Shown: in pieces, positions 48,857 through 59,943 of the stretch
Layout: every line of letters starts with the position of its first letter
Numbering within the stretch: position 1 is the stretch's first letter
DNA from: Eledone cirrhosa
Lineage: Eukaryota
NCBI GenBank assembly: GCA_964016885.1
Contig: OZ024742.1
Coordinates: forward strand, 105,152,001 to 105,216,000
DNA length: 64,000 nucleotides
Direction: 5' to 3'
Made by a program: the position numbers and the translations under genes
The notes under the pieces: generated by a model
The model's input: the letters and a program-made list of their open reading frames with translations, nothing else
Database searches by the model: none
What the model was told of the DNA's origin: nothing

Positions 48857-49790
48857 CTTCTTCTCCTTCTTCTTCTTCTTCTTCTTCTTCTTCGCCCACT
48901 TATTCGTGAGAGGTTCGTGGGGACAGAGTCGTCAAACAGTGGCTCATGTCAGAATCAACCATCTCCAACTGATTCGGCTGGATCCCCAAGCGAAACCAGC
49001 CAAGCTCATGGATGCTATCTTGCTCGGGATCTACCCCCTGGGTCTCCTGCGGGTTGGTTTTGCCCGTCCAGTGATTCTTTCCTGAGACATTCTAGCCACA
49101 TGCCCATATCGAAGCTGTAATCTCTCAATTCGGAGAAGTAGAGGCCCTACCTAGAGTGGCTCTCTTATTTCCGAGCTACGCACTCTATCAAGTAGTGTTA
49201 CTCTAAAGACCCTTAGGAGGAACCCCATTTCGGCCGCTTGTATTCGCGATCGTATTCTTTCGGTCATTACCCAAGATTCATGACCATAGTTAAGGTTTGG
49301 CACGAATACTGAATTGAAGATAGGGGGGTTGGCTTTTACACTCACCTCCCTTCTTCTGATTACTGAATTGAAGATAGGGGGGTTGGCTTTTACACTCACC
49401 TCCCTTCTTCTGATTACTGAATTGAAGATAGGGGGTTTGGCTTTTACACTCACCTCCCTTCTTCTGATTACTGAATTGAAGATAGGGGGTTTGGCTTTTA
49501 CACTCACCTCCCTTCTTCTGATTACTGAATTGAAGATAGCGGGTTTGGCTTTTACACTCACCTCCCTTCTTCTGATTACTGAATTGAAGATAGGGGGTTT
49601 GGCTTTTACACTCACCTCCCTTCTTCTGATTACTGAATGCTAACGTCGGCGCATTGCTGCACCAGCTCCTGTAATTCTTGCATTTAATTTAGCCTCCAGT
49701 CTTCCATCACTCGTGAACACGGCCCCCAGATACTTGAATTTCTCTACCTGCTTCAGTGGAACCCCATTCACATGTACAGTAAACTGCAGA
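48857..49790 (-). mobile_element. RTE (Expander/Rex3-like) LINE 3' part with (GAA)n tail
   Basis: GVPLKQVEKFKYLG, FVPNLNYGHESWVMTERIRSRIQAAEMGFL; tail gaagaagaa. Confidence 0.92.
49307..49638. repeat. 54-bp x6 minisatellite inside the RTE coding sequence
   Basis: tactgaattgaagataggggg(g/t)ttggcttttacactcacctcccttcttctgat starts at 49307, 49361, 49415, 49469, 49523, 49577. Confidence 0.95.
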
Positions 49791-51405
49791 CGCGTTGAAG
49801 AAGAAGAAGAAGAAGAAGTCCGTAGCGCGAGGTGTGTACGTTTCGTTGATAACCAACTTGTTCAACCTGTGCCTATGAAAAAGAACCGGAAAGTCTTTCC
49901 GTTATAGTACTGACCTGAATATAACCTGTTGACTTATACTTCTTGTTTAAATAGAGAGAGGGGGAGAGAACACACACACATTCGAGCCGACTTCAAAGAA
50001 ACACTGATGCTTCTCAATCTAAGAATTATCTGAAATAAAAAGAAAATAAATGACTGCATGCATACACATAAACACACACACACACACTTACACATAGAGA
50101 GAGAGAAAAAAAACGACAGTCCAAGGGAGATAATAATTAACTAACCAAATATTGATATCGTTGCATAATGTTTGTACACGGTATCTGATGTCGCTAGAGC
50201 AACATTTAGAATTTGACAGGCAATCAGCCAGAAAGTTATGTCGTACGCTTAGCCTCTCGTCTATTCCACACAAATCGACTACTGCGTTTTCTTAGTAAGC
50301 TTATGAGAGAGCTCACTTTGTAATTGTTTACGTTTGTGTATAGTGGGTGTCAATGGCTTTGTGTGGGTGTGTTTCTATTGTTATTGTTATAGGTGCTGTT
50401 CAACCGCAGATCAATCCCAATCCCGCTGGTTAAAGGCACTCTAGCTGTAATAATAACGTATTTTAATTAGTAATGAATAAAAATAATTAACAGTTTGAAG
50501 AAAAGGTATTAATCTATCTACAAAGTAGTTATTTACACGAGATAGAATCTATATATTCAGGTGCGTAAATTGATTAACATGATTCAATGGACGATTAGAA
50601 ATAATAATTTCTGTTTCGAAGTAAAATGCTAGGATATTTTGCAATATTAATTGATATTTTTGTTGGTTTATTATCATTAAGTTTATTAAAAACTCTAAGA
50701 ATATATTTTTAAGCAAGTTAGGCATCATTTAGGCATCATTTTGGAAAGAGATTACGAATGTGTATGAGTTTTTGAGTATATGTTGTGTTTTTATTACGCG
50801 TATAAATATTTGGCTTTAGCAGGGTTGTTTCATAACCCTAGGACCAACAGATATTTAAGCATAAATGAAAAGAAAAAGACAAAAATTATTGTAGAATTTA
50901 ATTTATACACTGTACTCTAAATAAAACAGGAAGTCAAATCTACCGAGTAAAGAATATGTATATGTAACGTTCATTCGTTGCTTTCAATTTCGATTTCTCT
51001 GAGTGGTGCTTATTCGATATACTCGACAAAAATATGCTATTTCTTTTTTACGAATAATTTAGAAAGCCTCACATTTATAAAAAGCCAGCAAGAATGAAAG
51101 TCTTGGCATTTTCAAGGTTTACGAAATCAACATCGTGTAGAAATCTAATAGCAGCTGACATCCTGAATCGAACGAAACGATACAGAAAGGTTTCTGAATA
51201 CGAGCGAGACATCTATTCACTAAATATGGAAGTAAAAAAATTATGAAGATAGTAGAAATAAACAAAAACGGCTATGGAATTATTGTGCGGCATAAAACGC
51301 AAGAAATTGAAAAAATAGCTCAAATAAAAACAAAAATGAGGGAGACGAAATGATTTTTCTGTGTAATGTGTTTATAATGATTTTTTTGAATCTCAGCTGA
51401 CGGTT

Positions 51406-51514
51406 GCCCCGGTGGCACAATCGGTTAGCGCGCCGTACTTATAGACAGTACCTTCGCCGTGCAAGTCACGGATGAGGAATGCGGAGGTTGTGAGTTCGAA
51501 CCTCACCCGGGGCA
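51406..51514 (+). tRNA. tRNA-Ile-TAT: tRNA-Ile(UAU) with 35-nt intron (51444-51478)
   Basis: Acceptor GCCCCGG/CCGGGGC+A; A box TGGCACAATCGG; anticodon arm CCGTA-CT-TAT-A[intron]A-TGCGG; T arm GTGAG-TTCGAAC-CTCAC; T5 terminator follows. Confidence 0.96.
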
Positions 51515-51520
51515 CTAACG

Positions 51521-51525
51521 TTTTT
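51521..51525 (+). terminator. Pol III terminator (T5)
   Basis: ttttt 6 nt after the discriminator base. Confidence 0.7.
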
Positions 51526-51819
51526 GCTGTATATTTTAATTGTTTTAACAATTTTGTTTTGTATTTTATCTAGTTTCAACTTGTATTAAAGTACTTGCAC
51601 TGTCTTTTTGACAATATATTCATCTTGTATTTTGTGTGTATGTATGAAATAAATTTTAACCGTATCGAGTACTCATTTTAATAACGATCTTACTAGCGCC
51701 GTCACTTATATATATGATATACATGAATTAAAAATAATTTGAAATGTCTATCTATATATTATATCCGCCTTGGATATCAATACATGTATATATATAAAAT
51801 TTATAATACATTATACAAA

Positions 51820-51943
<124 letters not shown>

Positions 51944-52459
51944 AACATAGGTTAATTTATTAATTTCTCTTAAGCCTCCCTATTTACTGCCATGTCTTTC
52001 AGCGATGTAACATTACACTTCTTACATAAGTATTATACAATTTACCCTTGGCTCATAGATTAAAAAAACATCCCTTTGCTGCAAACAGGGGTAGAAGCTC
52101 CCTAAACTTTTTTCAGCCTATTTTTCTTCTTTTTTTTTAAGGCAAATAAATGTTTATTAAGTTTTAAATATATACAGAATTTTTTGTTTTTTTGTGGGAG
52201 CAATTTGTAATATTATTTATATATATAAATAAATATATAAATATATATATAAATAACATTACAAATTGCTCCCAATTCTTTTAGAACAACGAATAAACAC
52301 ATACAACAAATATGATTAAGTATAGCAATGAACCTAGCAAGAGAAAGGAAAAGGGGGGGGGGGGGCAAAAAACAAAAACGACCATTAATTCACCCCCTAC
52401 CCACCAAGTGCGACAATCGGCCACACATCACAAGGTTCATCACAAGGTTATTTTGAGGC

Positions 52460-52900
52460 AAGTCAATATGCTCGCAGCATTACCATGATGATGAGACTAA
52501 GGCGCTGAAACAACCAAGTACCCTTACGGGCATCAGCTGACACCTCAGTAAGGCGGGCCGCCAAAGCTACTATACTTCCAGGGCAATCTCCTCCACTGAT
52601 AATTAGGTCACCTACGTAATAGAAGCTATTAACTATTTCTATGATAATTTCCCAGGGTTGGGAAAGGTTCATTACACTGAGGCATCTCCCACTTATGAAG
52701 ATTACTTTTTCTGTTAGTCTGCCCACAATCCCACGTCCATTGTGTACCCATGTTTTACATAGTGTACATCATAGGAAGTTTATTCCTTTTCTACATATTA
52801 AGTATAGCCACTTCCCTTGAAGAATCAGGATCCTATCTTCTTTGCTTGGTTTGCACCTTTCCTCTTTTTTTATTCCCACATCACCATGATGTCACTTATT
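52460..52900 (-). mobile_element. Old RTE (PHD-type) fragment joined to a CRE-like 3' end
   Basis: GKWLYLICRKG..CTLCKTWVH..GRLTEK..GRC..FYYVGDLIISGGDC, then AARLTEVSADARKGTWLFQRLSL. Confidence 0.65.
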
Positions 52901-53499
52901 CTTAATATGCTGCCAAAAAGTTCAGTCAACTTTCCTTTTTACTTTGTCTTCACAGGACTAACGTCTAAATTTGTTTTCCTGACTAAATTGTTGTACATTC
53001 TACCTCGTTGTCATTGGATTTTATTTTCACTTCAAAACACTCTGGATTGTATATAAACATTTTAGATAAACTTGGTTAAAAAGACTCAGTATATTGTATT
53101 TCACTGTGTGTTGTCATCTCATACTGTGATATTGCAATCTCTGCTACAGTGGAGGGAATGATACTGTTTTAATGTACTGAAATCGTTGTGGTCTCTAGCA
53201 AACAGCTGGTGATGACAGGGATGTTTCCATGTTTTTCCATTGTGTGTCCATGTCACAAGCACAGATTTTGAAATATGCTCACACACACACACGTATGTGT
53301 GCATGTGCATTTGTGTATGTATACACACACAACTTCACTGGTCCAAGCATAGCAAAATGGTTGTTAAAAATAAAGGTGTGATGGGGAGGTTAAAATGTAT
53401 AATATATCACTGGGCTTTCACCCACTATACTTCTGCTGTCTTCATCTGTCTATATCCAATCCGTCTACTGTTGTTTATTATCATTATCATTCTTCTAAC

Positions 53500-53682
53500 G
53501 GTGGATTGGCAGTGTCAGTAGAGGGTCTGACGCCATGTTTTGACGTATAGAGTTACGGCCCTTGCCATTCTGAGTTCAAATCCCGTCGAGGTTAACTTTG
53601 CCTTTCATCCTTACGGGGTCGATAAAATAAAGTACCAGTAATACACTGGATATTTGCTGGCCTTGTGCCAAAAGTAGAAACA
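53500..53682 (+). mobile_element. Full-length 183-bp tRNA-derived SINE with 17-bp TSD
   Basis: attatcattcttctaac at 53483-53499 and 53683-53699; A-box tggcagtgtcagtag; B-box gagttcaaatcc; core gcctttcatccttacggggtcgataaaataaagtacc (resembles the Meta-SINE domain, from recall). Confidence 0.93.
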
Positions 53683-53740
53683 ATTATCATTCTTCTAACT
53701 TTTTCTCATCACCAATCCTTACCATTATACTTAACTCCTA

Positions 53741-53947
53741 TGGGGGTTGGCTGAAAAGTTCATAAGCTGACGAGGAAGGAGTGACGCTAGAGCTGTGAAA
53801 TCTTGCATGCATTAATTTCAACTCTTCTTATTAATAACTGCATTGTTTCTTTCCAGGGTGAAGAATAAACCTCATTTGATCATCCCATGAGAGTATCTTG
53901 GTCAGCCTATAAATTTTTCAGCTGATGAACTTTTCAGCCAATCCTTG
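53741..53947. mobile_element. Mariner-type MITE
   Basis: TIRs TGGGGGTTGGCTGAAAAGTTCAT / CAAGGATTGGCTGAAAAGTTCAT, TA flanks. Confidence 0.85.
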
Positions 53948-56524
53948 TATTTCTCTGTCAGCAGTATGTCTACTCCATCCATATTCTAACTACTCCAATA
54001 CATATATTTATTTATCTGCTATCAATATGCCTACTCCACCTATAATCTAACTATCTCATTATGTGTATCTATCTATTTCTTGGCCTGCAATATGTCATAG
54101 GAGAGGAAGAGAAGGAACTATGTACCAGGAGGTCACAGAGATTACAGGCGTGCTTAAAGGCAGTGATGAGTGGGTTTGGAAAGAAGCAAAGGAGGATATG
54201 TTGCCAGAGAGGTAGAGTGATGGAGTGTTAGGTGAAGGAGAAAGGAAAGTGGGTGTTGGGAGGGTGGTGGTGGGGTGTGAAGGCGCAGGTGAGGGGAGCT
54301 TGGATCAAGGTGGGAGGGATATCCACACTGAATGAAGTGGGAGACCATATGTTGGGATTGGGTCTCGAAATTGTGGTCCTGGCTACAGAGCCAATGAAGA
54401 TGGAGGAAATGGGAGTAGGGTATGGAGAGTTTGGTGTGTGTGGGATGGGAGAAAGTGGTCAAGGTAGGAGTGGGAATCAGTGGCTTATAGAAGATGGAGG
54501 TAGAGAGTATGGTGAATAGACAAGAGAGATCATCATCATCATGTCAAGATGTCAAGAAATATATATATAAGAACCTGATATTGATTCATGATCTAACTTG
54601 GTCATTTTAAACAATGTTTTCAGCTATTTGCCTTGTTGTTTATGTCATTCTGAGAAGGTCTCTAGAATGCCTGCATTACATATGGATTCACCCTGCAGAT
54701 GATGGCCTACATGATAAAATCTATGGAAGCTCCTTTGAAGCATGAGGTAAATTGATTTGACATTGATGATGAACTTTAGAGTTTAATACAAAATGAAAAA
54801 CGTGAACAGTAGATTTGACAAAAGCAAAAAACGATTAAATAAATATTTCCAGCTTGGGTAAGCCCATATCTTGCTATCTTACAACAGGATGGTGCAAACA
54901 AGCACCTGGTAAATCTAGATTTTTGTGGTGAATCATAGCTATCAATAATGACAATATATTGCATGCATGTAGACATCTATCCCATTTTTACCCTGGCCAC
55001 AGTTGTGATGGTAGCCCTTAAATACTTTAATTTATCAATCTCTTTCAAAATCTCACTGTTGAATATGACAGGAACTCCTAGGATCATCCTTGAAATTAGA
55101 AGGCAAAAACTTACTCTCGAAGTAATTAACATTTAAAAACAAGCATGGGAGATAACTCAAATAATATCAGCTCATCAAAATGTTTGAAAAATAAAGACAA
55201 CACAGTTAGTGTCATTACTTTCCCTCTATTTCTAAAGACTTTGTATAAGATCTACTCTTAACTACATCATCTCTATATTGTGTGAGATCTACTCATTCTA
55301 AATATATTGTCTCTATATTGTGTAAAATCTAGTCCTACATTGTGTAAGATCTAATATATTGTGTCAGATCTACTCCTATATTGTATAAAATGTACCCGTT
55401 CTAAACTACATTGTCACTATATTCTGTAAGATCTGCTTCTTCGAACTACCTTGTCTGTATATTGTTTAAGTTCTACATTGTCTCTATATTTATGGATGAG
55501 AATTTGATTAGTTTGTGTCTAATTGATATTTTAAATGTCTGGTTCTTGGTCATTATTGATATCCCGTCGAGGTTAACTTTACCTTTCATCCTTACCAGGT
55601 CGATAAAATAAAGTACCAGTAATGAACTGAGTAATTGCTGGCCTTGTGCCAAAAGTAGAAACAATTATTGATTACTAACTTAAGCACAAAACCAGCAAAT
55701 TTGGGAGAAGGGCAAAGTTGATTATATCAAATCCAGTACTTGAGTGGTGCTTTATTTTAGAAAGTGGTAATTGGATGCTGCAAAGCATTGCTTCTCTTAA
55801 AAAAAATGTTTTCTTCATAAAAGGTCTTTACTCAAAATGTCGAAACTAAAATCTTTTCACAGCACACAAACCTCTATTTCGTTTTACCATTTTTTATAAA
55901 CTATATAGTTCATAAGGACTCTTCAGCTATGTCAAAGAGACGACAACCTCCCTAGTGTTGGTGATTTACATTATGAACACACCAAACATATTCTGTAAAG
56001 TAGTTGATGATAAGAAGGGCATCCAAGTGTAGAAAACCTGCCAAAGAATCAGGGAGAAACTTCAGCTGTATTAAGACATGACAAGCTCCTGAGTGCTGGT
56101 GACACAATAAAATGCATTTGGTAAAGCACAAGATCATATGTGAGTTGCTGGCTGGCAGACCGTCTGAGCAGTTGGTAAAGTATGGGATTGTATGTGAGAT
56201 GTAGACTCCGTGCCTGTCCATGGTGTTAGTATCTCTACTTGAGTACCACCCCGGTCTGCTGGTGACCCTTGCAAACCTTGTTAGTCGGCAAAGCAGATGT
56301 TAAATAACAATGATGTTGATACAGTCAAAACTAGAATTCTACTATTTTCCCCGTGTATTTAACACAGAATATCATCATCATTGTAGTCATAATGTCTGTG
56401 TTGTATAATATCTACTGAAAATACCATGTTCTGCTGCCGATTTTTAAAACAATTGAGTTGTATACAAGATAAGACTTAGTAGTAGATCCTCCAGCGATAT
56501 TTTTTGGCCAGAGCAGGAATAGAA

Positions 56525-57690
56525 AAGAAGTTCCACTCGTTTTTTTTAAGCAAAAATATGACGTTTTAAACACAAAGCGATTTATTCAATCAATGATATA
56601 ATTCCTATTTTCATTCCAGTATTTTCTGCCATCCTGTAGGCAGATCCATTATTCCCTGCCTTTACTGGCAAAAATTCTTCCAGGTGAATTTTCACATCCT
56701 CTTCACAGTTTAAGTTCTGTCCTTTCAATTAACTATAAAGAGACCAAAACAGGTGGAAATTTGAAGGTGCAAGATCCAGCGAATATAGAGTATGCTGCAA
56801 AACCTTCCAGCCAAACCCCAGTAACTTCTGCAAAAAAGTCTGTGGTCTGGCATTGTTGTGATGAAAGACAATACTCTTATGATTAGCAAGTGATGGACAC
56901 TTCTGGTGAATCGCTCCAGTTGGTCACAGTGCACATCTGAATTGATGGCACTTGTAAAAGACAACCTTCCAATCCCACCAAGTTGAAAGCATAATCTTCT
57001 TTGGATGAAGTCCTGCTTTGGAGGTTGTTGAAGGTGGTTTGCTGCACTACCCCCTCCCCCATGATCGTTTGCACTTCACATTGTTATAGACGATCCATTT
57101 CACGTCCCATCACCATTCTTTTCAAAAAAAGATTGTTTTCTTCAGATTTCTGCAACAAATCAGATAGAAATTTGTAGGGCGAGGTTAGCCTCTTTTAATT
57201 GATATGGGACCAAAACATCGAGCCTGCTAACACAACCAAGTTGATACAGATGATTTCCAACACTAGATTTGGATATTTGGAGATCTGCCATCATCCTGGT
57301 TGTATAACAGAGGTTGGTGTCAACAAACTCATTCATTTAATCCTAGTTGGCCAGCCAGAGCAAGGTGCATCTTGAACTAAAAAATTTCCCGATCAAAATC
57401 TTGAAAACCACTTCTGACACACACGTTCCATATACAGCACAATTTCTTGATGGTTTCATTGCTTTCTTACATTATTTTAAGATAAAAAAGCATGAGGTGT
57501 TGATAATGTTCGTTTTGGTTCTCCATTTTCAGGGTGATCCCAAAACACATAAAATACAACCTGTCTCATCGCAAGTTCATGTCAAGTATCTAACAAATCC
57601 ACATGCACAAGTGACAAAGTTAGCTACTTATTAGAGTGCTTAAAGTTTAGTGTCCACAAAAACTGGACTGACTTTTTGGCCAAACCAATA
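56525..57690 (-). mobile_element. Degenerate mariner (Mos1/HsMar1-like)
   Basis: TIR tattggtttggccaaaaagtc; TTSKAGLHP..KIMLSTWWDWK, YSLDLAPSNFHLF. Confidence 0.85.
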
Positions 57691-59943
57691 ACGAGGACCA
57701 AAAACGTGAGGTGTTCAGGCAATGTGTCAAGGAAAACCGTGATATTGTCGGGGAGAAGTGTGTACTTAATGATGACGGCGTACTTGCCATCACCGACGCT
57801 GATAAGAAGGTAGCTTGGAAGTGTCACTACGAAAGGCTACTAAATGAGGAGAATAAATGGGAGAAAGACAGTCTCCCCCACATCGACCCAATAGAGGGAC
57901 CAGCAGTGTTAGTCGAGGGTAGTATAATAAGTAAGGCAATCAAAGATATGAAGACGGGTAAGGCGGCTGGGCCTTCGGAAATAGTTGCTGAGATGCTGAA
58001 GACATCTGGTACGGTGGGACACACCATGGTCACCCGGATAGTTAACCAAGTCGTACAGAATGGGGTTGTTCCGAAGGACTGGCGTAGCAGCATCATCGTT
58101 AACTGTTATAAGGGTAAAGGAGATGCCCTAGATAGGAGTAACTATAGAGGCATTAAATTAATCGACCAGGTCATGAAGGTCATGGAAAAAGTAATAGCGC
58201 AACTAATCAGAGAGAGAATTGATCTAGATGAAATGCAGTTCGGGTTTGTGGCAGGCAAAAGTACCACAGACGCTCTTTTCATTGTACGACAACTACAGGA
58301 GAAGTACCTAGCTAAAAGTAAACCCCTATACTTAGCCTTTGTCGACTTGGAGAAAGCCTTCGACAGAGTCCCCCGTTCCATTATCTGGTGGGCTCTTAGA
58401 AAACTAGGTGTTGACGAATGGCTTGTGAGAGCTATACAAGCCATGTATAAAGAAACAGTCAGCAAGGTTAGAATTAACAACGAATATAGTGAAGAGTTTA
58501 GTGTAAAAGTTGGCGTCCATCAGGGCTCTGTTCTCAGCGCCCTACTTTTTATTATTGCCCTTCAGGCTATAACAGAGGAGTTCAAGACCGGCTGCCCATG
58601 GGAACTCCTATACGCAGATGACCTAACATTCATAGCTGAATCAATGGCCGAGCTAGAGAAGAAATTCCAAACATGGAAGCACGGCCTAGAATCAAAAGGC
58701 CTTAAAATTAACCTGGCTAAGATAAAGTTCTAGTTTGTAAGAAAGAAAATAAGGCGGCGGTCCCTTCCGGGAAGTGGCCATGCTCAGTGTGTAGGAAAGG
58801 CGTAGGTAGAAACTCCATTTTGTGTCCCAAATGCAAAGTATGGGTGCATAAAAGATGTAGTGGGATCACAGGTAAGCTAACTAAGAACATAGAGTTTACA
58901 TGTGGCCGGTGCTCTGGTGCAATAAGTAGCAGCAAGTGCCCACAAAATACTAGCTCTTTCAACTGCGCAGAGGGTTCTATAGAAATAGTGGACAGCTTCC
59001 GTTACCTGGGTGACAAAATCAGCAGTGGGGGAGGGTGCTCTGAAAGTACAGTAGCTAGAGTCAGAACTGGATGCAAAAAGTTCAGAGAGCTTATACCACT
59101 ATTAGCCGCTAAAGGGTTCTCCCTAAAAATGAAAGGCAGGCTGTATGATGCCTGGATACGAACAGCAATGTTACATGGCAGTGAGACCTGGGCATTGTGT
59201 GCAGAGGATATACGCAGACTAGAGAGGAACGAAGCTTGCATGCTCCGCCGGATGTGTAATAGTAATATACGTGAACGGCAAAGCATAAACGAACTAAGGA
59301 AAAAATTAGAAATAAGAGGGATCAGATGTTGTTTACTCGAGAGAAGGCTACGTTGGTATGGTCACGTGATGCGCATGAAAGACGATAGCTGTATAACAAA
59401 GTGCAGGGCAATAAAGATAGACGGTAGCCACAGAGTAGGCAGACCCAGAAAAACCTGGGACGAGCTGATAAATTCCGACCTCATACACTTACACCTCTCC
59501 AAGACAATGTCACTGGACCGAGACCTTTGGCGGTACTCAATAATAGAGAAGACCCGCCTTACCTAAATACAAAGTAAAACCTACTACAGTCAGTAGGCAT
59601 CTCTAACAAAATACACCCCCGTCCCACCACCCCCACCCATCCACACCGTCCCTTTCAATGTAAAGTTATGTTGGTGCCACAACATCCAGGCCGAAACAAA
59701 TGAGATCGTGTAGGTGTCACGACAAAAAACACAGTCCACGCTGTAATGTCGCCGTATAGGCAACACGGTAAAAACCTCCCAGCCCCACACTGTAAATGTG
59801 GTTGGTGTTAGGAAGGGCATCCAGCTGTAGAAAACCCGCCAGACAGTCCTATGCGAGCAAGACAATCACTCTTGCCTCAAGTGGGAAAACCCCCGTCCAA
59901 ACCCATGCAAGCATGGAACACGGACGTTAAACGTTGATGATGA
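57691..59943 (+). mobile_element. Young 5'-truncated RTE LINE: RT with PHD-type finger, one frameshift (~58720), (GAT)n tail
   Basis: KAAGP, YKGKGD..NYRGIKL, QFGF, AFVDLEKAFDRV, GVHQGSVLS, LLYADDL, FRYLG, MLHGSETW, RLRWYGHV, GRPRKTW. Confidence 0.97.

Noticed and set aside
49307-49638. CRISPR-like regular repeat
   Set aside because: No unique spacers; it is a tandem duplication of LINE coding sequence.
54699-54746. 48-nt cag|...|gtaaat candidate exon (MMAYMIKSMEAPLKHE)
   Set aside because: No recognisable homology or partner exons; needs RNA data.
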